A stretch of 31,633 nucleotides of DNA, filler included, from an uncultured virus (IMG/VR IMGVR_UViG_2061766007_004010) (taxonomy: Duplodnaviria > Heunggongvirae > Uroviricota > Caudoviricetes). It is 4 parts of one record of this genome, joined end to end, with 100 filler letters (N's around TTAATTAATTAA, not from the genome) between each part and the next. Parts side by side here need not be neighbours in the genome. Positions count along the whole stretch, not along the records: positions 16,202 to 22,155 come from IMGVR_UViG_2061766007_004010; positions 22,256 to 31,633 come from IMGVR_UViG_2061766007_004010; 2 more parts are not named here. One strand, 5' to 3'. Shown here piece by piece: positions 19,707-30,000 of this stretch; the first letter of the stretch is position 1; each line of letters starts with the position of its first letter. Position numbers and translations under genes: made by a program. The notes under the pieces are model-generated. The model was not told the origin of the DNA, made no database searches, and saw only the letters and a list, made by a program, of their open reading frames with translations.

Positions 19707-20562
19707 TCTGAGCTGGTGCCAGTTCTGTGACCTTAACGCCTTTCATCGGGTCTACATAATTTGGAGCTTCCATGATATCATCCTCTGTGCGCACGTCGGC
19801 AAACGGGTCTTCATCCGTTGCTTCTGTAACCGATACCGGCACGGGTACCGTAGGTTCTGCAGCCTTGCGGGCAACCGGGGGATGGATTACCGGGTCCTCG
19901 TCGTGCCCGTGCAGTAGGTGGTTGGGTATTCCCGTCTGGGTATCGGCGTTTGTGGATGCCTTGCTGGCCTCCGCCTGCGCCGCGTCGTACGGATTGCTGC
20001 AATCGGGATAGAACTTGCTGAACATGGCGGTACCGACAAGCCTGATGAACAGCCTGGTAAGTGCGTCGGAGTGCGACAGCGTGTAGAGGTCGACGGCCGA
20101 CACCGCCTTTTCCGGCGGGTCCTGCGGCTTTTCCCCCCTTGCCTCGGACAGGGAATAGTAAAGCTTGGACTCTGTCGACTTCTCGCCGGTGAAAAGCAAC
20201 GGCTTTCCGTTCATTTCAAGAACGAGCGCCCTGCCCAGGTCGGGCATCGAGGTAATACGGATTTCGGCGTCGACTGTCGAGCAGTTGCCTGACGGGAGGT
20301 AGCAGGCAGTAATGCCGCTCGGCATGCCGTAGGGAATGCGGCCGTACGTCTCGTCCACGATGGTAAGGATTTCCCCGTCGGTGACCAGCGCCTTGACGGA
20401 GGTCATGACATCCTGACCCGAGATGAAATTGGTATATCTACTGTCGTGGAGCCTGGCAAGGAGGTTTCCCATGGGGCTGTCGATAATGCTGCATTCGACA
20501 TTCGGGCGCGGAAGGCTTTCCGGCCATTCAAATCTGAACTTGATATTGTATGTAATCTTCAT
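19707..20562 (-). CDS. Hypothetical protein, N-terminal part (continues at 16467-16955)
   Basis: Long ORF beginning 4 nt after the promoter motif. Confidence 0.7.
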
Positions 20563-20566
20563 GCTG

Positions 20567-20578
20567 CAAATATAGCAA
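20567..20578 (-). promoter_or_regulatory. TTGCTATATTTG promoter motif, 4 nt before ATG
   Basis: Recurrent motif that fills the 17-nt intergenic gap, with no SD. Confidence 0.7.
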
Positions 20579-20579
20579 T

Positions 20580-20936
20580 TTACAGCCTGAGTAGCGATTG
20601 CACCTCGGAATCAAGGGCCTTTTCGCGGTATACCTCGTACATCTGCTCCAGCCGGGCTATCCCGGCGGCGATGTCGGAGCTGCCGAATAGCAGGAACCGG
20701 TCGCCGCACAGGTCGATGGTCATGGTGTGTCGCCCGCCGGCGGTCATGGGGTTGCCCCTCGGTGTGAGCGCGTCTATGTAGCACCAGTCCGTACCCGGAG
20801 TGAACCGGAGCTTAATCTCGTGCATGTCGCAGTGGGTGACGAACTGCATCATCCTGTCGTCGTTGCCTACCCATTCGAGCACGTTCTCCCGGGCGGTCTT
20901 GTTGATGTCGAAGGGGACCTCGTATCTCTTCTTCAC
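20580..20936 (-). CDS. Hypothetical protein
   Basis: 118 aa, GGAGG SD, GTGA overlap with the glycosyltransferase stop. Confidence 0.7.
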   Translation of the reverse strand: MKKRYEVPFDINKTARENVLEWVGNDDRMMQFVTHCDMHEIKLRFTPGTDWCYIDALTPRGNPMTAGGRHTMTIDLCGDRFLLFGSSDIAAGIARLEQMYEVYREKALDSEVQSLLRL

Positions 20937-21811
20937 GGCTTCCTCCCAGCCAGCATGTCGAGCGGGACGAACTCCCTGTCGGATTTCCCGGCGGCGTTCA
21001 GGAGGAATATCAGTTCCCGCCGCTTGATTTCAAGGAAATCCACGAAGGCCTGGTGGTCGTACCTGTTCGACGGGCGCGGGTGCTCTATGTGGCTCACCCC
21101 GTCCATATCCATTATCGGGGTAGTCCTGACAGGGATTCCCCCGTAGAAACACTCCATCCCGAGGAACCCGTCCTCCCCGCCCCACCTGCCGCAGAAGTCC
21201 GGGTGGAACACGGCGCTGACCCCGTACAGCTCCTCGTTGAGCTTCCTGATGGCCTTGACTGCCCCGGCGGTAATGCCGAAGTTGCACGTCCAGACTACCC
21301 CGGAGTCAGCTATGTACCGTTCGGAGGTTACATAGTTCGGCTCCTTGGTGAAGATAGGGATTGGACGCCTTTCCGAGCACTGTCTCTGGTCATCGGAACC
21401 CCACTTGACCTCGGTACGCCTGCCGACGGTGACACAACCCTCCTCGTAGGCCGCCATGTGCGACTCGAGCATCCGGTCCATAGGTATGCAGTCGCCGTCA
21501 ATGAAGACTACCAGGTCCATGTCATACAGCATGTCCAGGGCCAGGTTGCGGCAGTGCCCTGCGCAGAAAGGGGGCAGCCCGTCGCGCATCTGCGGCCTCT
21601 CCACGGTTTCCGGGGCCGAGCTGACTACCAGGAACTCGCACCCCGGGATGTCGGAGTACGCCTTCCGCGTCGCGGTCCTCTCGATGAGGCCCGGGCGGTC
21701 CATCACGACGAGTACCCTGTCCGGCCTTACAGACTGCGAAAGCACGCCACGGGCTATTGTCCCGGCGTACTTCTCCTGGTTCCTGCACAGTATCACTAGG
21801 GCGGTGTTCAT
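20933..21811 (-). CDS. GT-A (family 2/7-like) glycosyltransferase
   Basis: VILCRNQ, RNLAL, VVFIDGDCIP (DxD), WTCNFGI, GRWGGED and HIEH motifs. The start at 21811 overlaps the upstream stop. An allele piece is at 16202-16324 (+). Confidence 0.85.
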   Translation of the reverse strand: MNTALVILCRNQEKYAGTIARGVLSQSVRPDRVLVVMDRPGLIERTATRKAYSDIPGCEFLVVSSAPETVERPQMRDGLPPFCAGHCRNLALDMLYDMDLVVFIDGDCIPMDRMLESHMAAYEEGCVTVGRRTEVKWGSDDQRQCSERRPIPIFTKEPNYVTSERYIADSGVVWTCNFGITAGAVKAIRKLNEELYGVSAVFHPDFCGRWGGEDGFLGMECFYGGIPVRTTPIMDMDGVSHIEHPRPSNRYDHQAFVDFLEIKRRELIFLLNAAGKSDREFVPLDMLAGRKP

Positions 21812-22155
21812 CTGGGCACCCTTTCCTCGCAGTGCTTCCTGTATACTTCCGGGGCGGACTCGCCCACGGTCTTCCACAGGCCGTTGTCGAGCACGTGCTT
21901 CAGCGTCGGCGCAATCTTGTCGGTGTCGCACACGACTATCGACTTGCCGAACTCGTTGTGCGGGGACTTCTCCGAGACCACGCAGCACCCGTTTATGACC
22001 GGGTAGAACATCCTGACCTGCTCCTGGCGGCAGTCCTCCAGGAAGGCGTGCACGTTCAGTACGATTTTCGACCTTCCCAGCAAGTCCATGAGGTTCCTCC
22101 CGGATACCCCGGTGGCCCATATCATGGAATACGACGTCCAGGTCTTCTCCATGAG
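21808..22155 (-). CDS. GT-B (CgeB-like) glycosyltransferase-like protein, C-terminal part
   Basis: RSKIVLNVH...EQVRMFYPVINGCCVVSE; overlaps the 12167-12338 fragment. Confidence 0.65.
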   Translation of the reverse strand, partial: LMEKTWTSYSMIWATGVSGRNLMDLLGRSKIVLNVHAFLEDCRQEQVRMFYPVINGCCVVSEKSPHNEFGKSIVVCDTDKIAPTLKHVLDNGLWKTVGESAPEVYRKHCEERVPR

Positions 22156-22255
22156 NNNNNNNNNNNNNNNNNNNNNNNNNNNNNNNNNNNNNNNNNNNNT
22201 TAATTAATTAANNNNNNNNNNNNNNNNNNNNNNNNNNNNNNNNNNNNNNNNNNNN

Positions 22256-24467
22256 TGAACTTCCGGGAGCCCCGGCGAACCTCTCAATTCCTACGACCAC
22301 GTGGCCTTCCACCGGATACATCGACGACATCATCATTTCCGATAACAACGGTGTCGCCTACATCGACGTCCCGGACGGCGAGGGCACCTACGACATCTAC
22401 GTCCACAACATCCATACGGGCGTGGGCGGTACGAACGGTTCCAAGATTTACGTCCGCATGCAGGACGGGGGCCGTCTCACCCGTATCTTCGTGGAAAGCC
22501 TCGAAATCGGNNNNNNNNNNTATCATCTCTGCGAACGACGGGGTCGCCTACATCGACGTCCCTGACGGCGAGGGCACCTACGACATCTACGTCCACAACA
22601 TCCATACGGGCGTGGGCGGTACCAATGGTTCCAAGATTTACGTCCGCATGCAGGACGGTGGACGCCTTACCAGAATCTTCGTGGAGAGCCTCGAAATCGG
22701 CAACCACACGACGTTCAACGTGATNNNNNNNNNNAGGCGGTACGAACGGTTCCAAGATTTACGTCCGCATGCAAGACGGGGGCCGTCTCACCCGTATCTT
22801 CGTGGAGAGCCTCGAAATCGGTAACCACACGACGTTCAACGTGATATACAGGACCGAGGACGGCGATGAAATCCAGACCCAGAAGCAGTACCGCGGCAAC
22901 GTGATGTTCTATTCCAACAACAACATCACGTTCGACAATACCGACAACGTGCCCATCCAGGGTTCATTCATCACTACCGGCAAGATTTTCCTGAAGTGCA
23001 ACCTGGACTTCGCCGGGCAGCTCCTGGCCAACCAGCTCGAAATCGGCGACGACTTCAAGGGCGAGAACTTCCGCTTCGTCCCGTTCGACCCTGATACGCT
23101 CGACATCGACCCGGAACTCAACAAGGACGGCGGCCTCCGCGAGAACGACTCCACCGTAGTCATCCCAATCAAGCTGAGCGACACCGCCACCGTAGACGTA
23201 TACTTCAACTACTGCTTCGACCTCCGCGACGGCGTGACGGTTGACGACTTCAACCTGGTGACGGACTTCCCCATCTGCGGCACCGAGACCAAGACCGTGG
23301 TAATCCCGACCGGCAAGAAGGTCCCGACCACCCCGATTACGGTCAACGTGAAGAAGGACACCATCACCGAGCCCTCCGACTACCTGGTCATGAAGATTTC
23401 CATCGAGTCCGGCGCGGTCCTCCCGAACAACAAGACCGACGGCGAGCTCAGAATCCGCATCATCGACGCCGACTACACTCCCCGCCCGCTGTTCGACTCC
23501 ACCGCTGTGTACTCCGAGAAGGAAAACTACACCGGCAAGGTGGACAGCATCAGGGTGGTCAACAAGACCGACTCCACCAGGTTCGTCCTGGATTCCGCGT
23601 ACGCGGGCCGCTACTCGCTGGATTCAGTCACCGGCGTGCTTACCCTGCTTACCCCGGTGGACTACGAGACGACCCCGGTGGATACCATCAAGGTCACCCT
23701 CAAGGACACCGCCGGGTATTCAGTAACCGGCCTCATCCCGGTCTCCGTAATCGACCTCAACGAGGCCCCGGAAATCACGACCGCGAAGGTCGAGTTCAGC
23801 GAGAACCTCCCCGTCCCGGCGAAAATCGGCAAGATTGAGTGGACCGACCAGGACATCCCGGCTTCCTTCCGCGACAACGCCCTGGAAGTCCTCGTCCCGG
23901 CCGACGGCATTACCGTCCAGGCAGACGGCTCCGTCTACACTACAAAGGTGTTTGACTACGAAACCGACCCGAAGGAAATCGAGCTTACCGTCCGCGTGTA
24001 CGACAAGGGCAACCCGGCACTTGCCGATACAGCCACCGTGAAATTCGTCCTCTCCGATATCGACGAGAGCCCGAGCGCCCGTGATACCACGTTCCATGTC
24101 GCCGAGAACACCACCGGTCCCGTAGGAACGCTCGTAGCCAATGACCCCGAAGGCAAGGGTCTGACCTACACCATCGTCGGCGATACGCACGGCTTCACCG
24201 TCGACAGCACCGGCNNNNNNNNNNTACCACCGGTCCCGTAGGAACGCTCGTAGCCAAGGACCCGGAAGGCAATGGACTTGCCTACACCATCGTCGGCGAT
24301 ACGCACGGCTTCACCGTCGACAGCACCGGCAAGATTGCCAATACCGTTCCGTTCGACTACGAGACAGAGAAGACCGCCACTATTACGGTCAAGGTTTCCG
24401 ACGGGACCAAGACCTCCACCGCTACGGTCAAGATTGTCGTCGACAACGTGAACGAGCCCGTCCACGC
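22256..24467 (+). CDS. Large secreted cadherin-repeat protein, middle fragments
   Basis: A beta-rich domain and a Calx-beta-like segment are followed by cadherin repeats (DYE, DxNExP, ENxP, AxDPEG). Confidence 0.85.
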
Positions 24468-24478
24468 NNNNNNNNNNC

Positions 24479-24559
24479 CTCAGGGAAGGACTGGTCCTCC
24501 GTCTCAAGGACGACTACTCCGTATCCTTCAAGGCGAAATCTCCGGACTACAGCATATGA
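24479..24559 (+). CDS. C-terminus of a second RNA ligase (Rnl2/DRB0094-like)
   Basis: LREGLVLRLKDDYSVSFKAKSPDYSI* contains motif IV (EGxV) and motif V (SFKAKS). It is not in the ORF track and only 26 aa are visible. Confidence 0.55.
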   Translation, partial: LREGLVLRLKDDYSVSFKAKSPDYSI

Positions 24560-24882
24560 GCGAAGACCTGAAGAACGAGGCCGGGGACGAGGAGCTCAAC
24601 CGGCAGTACCGCACCGCCCTGCACACGCTCGAGGAAATCCACAAGAGGAAACTCATCGAGTCGATAGCGAACGGGATGGACCCTGACCGCTCCCAGAAGC
24701 AGAACTCCGCCGGGTGCGGGTGCGTGCTGTGGACCCTTTTCATGCTGATGATAGGGTTCACCGGGGCGGCCTGCATGTCGTGGATGTTCAACCACTCGAT
24801 GCTGCAGGCGTTCGTGCACGGGCTGATTGGCTGGATATACATCTGCTACAAGGCGTTCTGGTACGTAGTTACCACCTATTAG
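24556..24882 (+). CDS. Membrane protein with two C-terminal hydrophobic segments
   Basis: ATGA overlap with the upstream gene. Two hydrophobic stretches follow GCGC. Confidence 0.7.
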   Translation: MSEDLKNEAGDEELNRQYRTALHTLEEIHKRKLIESIANGMDPDRSQKQNSAGCGCVLWTLFMLMIGFTGAACMSWMFNHSMLQAFVHGLIGWIYICYKAFWYVVTTY

Positions 24883-24908
24883 AAGTACGGGACACGCCGT
24901 CCCGCTAC

Positions 24909-24924
24909 TTTTTTGCTATATTTG
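24909..24924 (+). promoter_or_regulatory. TTTTTTGCTATATTTG promoter motif preceded by a terminator-like hairpin
   Basis: Recurrent motif. A CGGGAC/GTCCCG stem lies just upstream and an AAGGA SD downstream. Confidence 0.7.
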
Positions 24925-24964
24925 GATTACGTACATCATAAAACACTCACAAGGAAACACAACA

Positions 24965-26010
24965 ATGTCCATTAAAGTAAGAACGAAAGTCATCACCCCG
25001 GCAATCGCCGAGGCCATGCTCCGCACCTCCGCCGAACTCGGCGCAATCAACCGCAAGCTCAACAACAGGCACGTCGAGCTCTACGCCAACGAAATCCGCT
25101 CCAACCGCTGGAAGCTCAACGGCGACGCAATCCGCCTAGACGACGACGGCAGAATCCTCGACGGCCAGCACCGCCTCCATGCATGCGTACTCGCCGGAAT
25201 CCCCTTCACGACCATCGTGATGACCGGCGTGGACGCCAACACGTTCGACACCATCGACTGCGGCCGCGTCCGCACTACCTCCCAGGTACTCCAGATGGCC
25301 GACGTCAAGTACAATTCGCTGGTATCCAGTATCATCCGCGGCGCTTCCGAAATCCGTTCAGTCGGCCACACCGACATGAAGGAGAAGCGCCTCTCCAACA
25401 CGGCGGCACTCGCCGAATACAACACCAATGCCGAGCTCTACAACCGCGCAGCCGCAATCAGCTCGTCCGCNNNNNNNNNNTGCCGTCCCGCCGAAGCTCG
25501 TCGGCTCCGTGTACTACTACCTCGTCCACGACCTCAAGCAGGACGAGGAGAAGGTCGAAAAGTTCGTCCGCGACATGGTCTCGTTCGACAGCAGCTCCAG
25601 CGCCATCATCGACAAGCTCCGCAANNNNNNNNNNAGGTACGAACTGGAATGCTACAAGGTTACCGTCTGCAACTTCCGCGCCCTGCCGAAGAACCGCACG
25701 ACCACCATCGCGTTCATCCTGAAGAAGGCCTCCATCGAGAAGTACAACATCCTGCTGACCGAGAAGGCCGCTGAGTGCAANNNNNNNNNNGAAGTTCGTC
25801 CGCGAAATGGTCTCGTTCGACAGCAGCTCCAGCGCCATCATCGACAAGCTCCGCAAGTGGAACCTCGCCAACCGCGCTGTCAAGGTGTCCGACCGCACCC
25901 GTCTCGGTTTCATCATCCTCACCTGGAACGCCTGGATTAGCGGCTCCCGCAAGGCACCGCGCTTCTCCGAGGCCAACATCGAGGAAATGCCAGTATTCAT
26001 CGGAAAATAA
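24965..26010 (+). CDS. ParB/Srx-like (DGQHR) phage protein, fragmented (24965-25470, 25481-25624, 25791-26010)
   Basis: ITP..A..ML, NR.L, W..NGDAI, LDGQHRL.A and ID.G..RT motifs. The fragment at 25635-25780 is an unrelated insert. Confidence 0.8.
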
Positions 26011-26018
26011 GGAAACAG

Positions 26019-26801
26019 ATGCGCAACAATTTCTTCATCCAGTCCCCGTACGTCCAGCTCCTGGACGAAAACCGCAAGTCCCTCGGCACGATGCCCTCGG
26101 GAAAGGCCAAGGACATCGCGAACAACAGGGACATCCTGCTCGTCCTCGTAGACGGCAGGGCAAACCCGCCGGTGTACGCACTCGGCACGGGCCCCAAGGA
26201 CGAAATCATGACCTCCACGGTCCGACTCATGGACAGCAACCGGGAGAACCTCGGCGTCATGAGCGCGGCCGACGCCAGGAAGCTGGCCGNNNNNNNNNNA
26301 ATGACCTCCACTGTCCGACTCATGGACAGCAGCCGGGAGAACCTCGGCGTCATGAGCGCGGCCGACGCCAGGAAACTGGCCGAGGAACGCGGCGAGGACA
26401 TCATCGTCCTCAACCCGAAGGCCGACCCGAACGTCTGCATGCTCGGCGACAGGAAGAAGTACGAATACGAACGCAAGAAGGCAGCCAAGGAAAACGAGAA
26501 GAAGCAGCGCTCCGCCGCCAAGTCGAACGAGCTGAAGGAGCTCAAGCTCCCCGCCGACACCTCCGATTCCTCCAAGGGAGACCGCGTAAGGCTGTTCTCC
26601 CGCGCCGCCGAATTCGTGGCCGAGGGGCATCCGGTGCGCCTCAGCGTCCGTTTCCGCGGTCGAATGATGGCCCATTCGTCCGACGTAATGCAGAGACTCT
26701 ACGAGGAGGCCGTCGCGGCAATCCCCGGCGCGAACATCGCCGAACCGTCCGCAGCAGGCAACATCTTCGCGATGCTCTGCACGCCAAGCAAGAAGAAATA
26801 G
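26019..26801 (+). CDS. infC: Translation initiation factor IF-3 homologue with duplicated N-terminal domain
   Basis: Two IF3-N units, the KKYEYERKKAAKE linker, then IF3-C (KELKL...GHPVRLSVRFRGRMMAH). AAGGA SD. About 229 aa after removing the allele overlap at the gap. Confidence 0.88.
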   Translation: MRNNFFIQSPYVQLLDENRKSLGTMPSGKAKDIANNRDILLVLVDGRANPPVYALGTGPKDEIMTSTVRLMDSNRENLGVMSAADARKLAXXXXMTSTVRLMDSSRENLGVMSAADARKLAEERGEDIIVLNPKADPNVCMLGDRKKYEYERKKAAKENEKKQRSAAKSNELKELKLPADTSDSSKGDRVRLFSRAAEFVAEGHPVRLSVRFRGRMMAHSSDVMQRLYEEAVAAIPGANIAEPSAAGNIFAMLCTPSKKK

Positions 26802-26821
26802 CTATTACCTCTGTTGATAAC

Positions 26822-26853
26822 AAGGGCCCCGGGAGAAATCCCGGGGCCCTTTC
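26822..26853. terminator. Terminator hairpin between the convergent IF3 and cadherin genes
   Basis: Perfect 13-bp stem AAGGGCCCCGGGA-GAAA-TCCCGGGGCCCTT. Confidence 0.85.
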
Positions 26854-26873
26854 TGGTGTTTTCGTGAACCTGG

Positions 26874-29800
26874 CTACTTTTCCTTCGGACGCTTGTACCC
26901 GAAGATTGTCATGTCGTCGTCCTTCTTGACGGTCCTGTCACCCTTGACCTGTTCCTTGTAGTCGCAACGGTGCTTCGCCACCGACTTGCTGAACAGCTTG
27001 GTGATGTAGCTGGAAGTGCCGAGGGACTTCCCGTTCTTCGCCTTGACGTTCCCGTCGCGGTCGGCGAGCCAGTCGACGACCATCTGGACGGTACCGGCGT
27101 CGGTAGCCTTGGCCTGGTCGTTTAGCGTGTATTCGACCGTGAAGTCGTTAACGTAGTTCGCCTGTGTGGTGTATACCCAAAGGTGCATCGTATACTTCAC
27201 GTCGTACAGCGGGATGTTGAGCCCGTTCTTGGCGTAGTCGGCCTTGAACTCGTCGGTGCAGTGCTCCTCGACGTACTTGTCCACCGGGATTCCCTTGGTG
27301 GATGCCCCAACGATGTTCCCGCGGTCGTCCACCGGAATCATGCCGTTCTTGACGATGTCGTCCAACGTGGCCAGGCCTCCCGTGGCGGAAACGCTGGGAA
27401 GCGCGATGTCCACCTTGAAGCCGACGCCGATGGTCTCCGGGAGCTTCCCGTCCTTCGGGTCGGTGAACTTCACCTTGACCGGGTTTTTCGGGTTGTAGTG
27501 GTGGCCGTCGCCGTAGTATTCCTCGACCTTGTCGCGGTCAATCTCGGTTACCGGGTGGATGATGGAAACCTCGATGTCCTTGGCTTCCTTCATGATTACC
27601 AGTACCGTGTCGATGGCGACGTTGCCGGCCTTGTCCACGTAGCGGCGGATGACCATGTTCGGGCCCTTCTCGAGCCTCTGGAGGGTGAGGGTGTCCTGGA
27701 CTTCCCCGTTGACCGTCCACTTTACCGGGATGGCGTTTGTATGGAAGATGGTGCCCTTCACGGGGTCGAGAATCTCGAGCTTGGGCGGGATGTCGTCGAA
27801 GACTATCGCCACCTCGGCGGATGCGCGGTTCCCGAAGTCGTCGGTATAGTCGTAGCGGACCGTATAGCCGATGTTGCCTTCCTCGTTCTTCACTACCTTC
27901 TTCTTGTCGTCCAGTTCGTAGGAAACTGTCGTGCAGGAATCCACATTGTATGAAACGCGGTAGTTGCCGATGCGTTCGCCGGTCATGCCGTCGGTCGTGT
28001 ACGTGATGGTCACGTCCTTGCCGCCTTCCTTGACCGTATAGGTTACGGTCTGCAGGGTATCTACCGGTTCCATCGTCTTGAGGTCGACAATCCTGGACAG
28101 GGTGACCTTGACGCCGTCGACCGTGACGACTTCCTTGACCTCCGCCTTGCCATTGCCAATCGGGGTCACTTCCGCCTTGCTCTCGTCAATGATGTAGCCG
28201 TAGTCCTTGACGGAATAGGGCTTCACGGAAACCGTATCCAGCTTCACGCCGATGTCGAAGCTCTTCTCGGTCTTCTGGACAGTATCCTTGATGGTAACGC
28301 GAAGGTCATTGTCCTTCCTGTTCACGTAGATGCCGTCATCGGCAGTCTCCTCGATGGTGATGTAGTCGATTAGCGCGTCGGTGTTATTGGCGTTGGACAG
28401 GATTACCACGGGAGGCACGTCGTTGAAGATGAACACCACCTGGTCGCAGGAGGTCTTCCTCTCGTTGCACACCTTTACGGTCGTGTCNNNNNNNNNNGTT
28501 GCCAATCGGGGTCACTTCCGCCTTGCTCTCGTCAATGATGTAGCTGTAGTCCTTGACGGAAGAGGGCTTCACGGAAACCGTATCCAGCTTCACGCCGATG
28601 TCGAAGCTCTTCNNNNNNNNNNTCCCCGGTGAGGGCGTCGGTGCGGTAGGAAACCGTGATTTCCTTCCCGCCTTCCTTCACGGTGTAGGTGACGGTCTGG
28701 AGGGTGTCCAGCGGCTCCATGGTCTTCAGGTCGAAGATTCGGGTGATTGCGACGTCGATACCGTCGACCATGACCACTTCCCGGACTTCCGCCATGCCGT
28801 TGCCTATCGGGGTCACATCGGCCTTCGTCTCGTCGATGACGTAATTGTATTCCTTCACGGAGGAAGGCTTTATGGCTACGGTGTCGAGCTTCACAGACAC
28901 GTCGAAGGACTTCTCTGTATTGGAGACGGTGTCGCGCACGGTGACCCGGAGGTCGTTGTCCTTGCGGTTGACGTAGNNNNNNNNNNNNNNNNNNNNNNNN
29001 GATGGTGATGAAGTCGATTGTGCCGGTGGTGCTGCGGGCGTTGGTCAGCGTGACCACCGGGGGAACGTCGTTGAACAGGAACACCACCTGGTCGCAGGAG
29101 GTATTCTTCCCGTTGCACACCTTGACGGTGGTGTCCTTGCGGATTTTCACGTCGAGCGTGTCGAAGTCGCACTTGCCGGATTCGCAGATGCGGTAGTCGA
29201 TTGTATGGTCCGGGACGTTGGTACGGACGGTGTCGCGCTTGGGCTCGCCGTCNNNNNNNNNNAGGCACGTCGTTGAAGATGAACACAACCTGGTCGCAGG
29301 AGGTCTTCATCTCGTTGCANNNNNNNNNNCCGTGACGCGGAGGTCGTTGTCCTTCCTGTTCACGTAGATGCCGTCGTCGGCAGCTTCCTCGATTGTAATG
29401 TAGTCAATCATGGCGTCGGTGTTCTTGGCATTGGAGAGAATCACGACTGGCGGGACATCGTTGAAGATGAACACAACCTGGTCGCAGGAGGTCTTCCTCT
29501 CGTTGCACACCTTTACGGTCGTGTCCTTCCTGATGGTGACGCCCAGGGTGTCGAACACGCACTTGCCGGACTCGCAAATCCTGTAGTCGATAGTATGGTC
29601 CGGGACGTTGGTACGGACGGTGTCGCGCTTAGGCTCGCCGTCGACCTCGGTAATTTCCGTCTTTTCCGGTACGTCGAGAACCTTGATTACGACAGTAGCC
29701 GTATCGCTGAACTCGCCGTCGGTCACGATGACCTGGACTGTATCGCCGGCGGTCTTCTCGTAGTCGAACGGCTCCTTCACCGAGATTTCCCCGGTGGAGT

Positions 29801-29990
29801 CGATGGAATACCTGGCGGTGTCCGAGATGATGTAGGACGGCCTGGTATTGTCCTCGTCCCATGCGTGGACCTTGCAGCCGGTCTTCCCGGTGGCGTTCTC
29901 GGCCACGGTGCAGGTAGTATCCTTGACGTGGACGGGCTCGTTGATGTCACTTACCTTGACCGTGTAGGTCATGATGTCGGAAGCTCCGGC
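26874..29990 (-). CDS. Large secreted cadherin-repeat protein, C-terminal fragments and alleles
   Basis: The last cadherin repeat (29331-29990) overlaps 26874-28487, which ends ...IFGYKRPKEK*. Divergent alleles occupy 28498-29319. Confidence 0.85.
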
Positions 29991-30000
29991 NNNNNNNNNN

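Noticed and set aside
14308..22211. TTAATTAATTAA palindromes as biological sites
   Set aside because: They are always embedded in N runs and match a standard six-frame-stop concatenation linker.
26208..26380. A third IF3-N repeat
   Set aside because: The repeated MTSTVRLMD segment is an allele overlap across a 10-N gap.
12449..29319. Diversity-generating retroelement explaining the near-identical repeats
   Set aside because: In the pairs I compared, differences are not adenine-specific, and most enzyme alleles differ at third positions. No reverse transcriptase is in the window.
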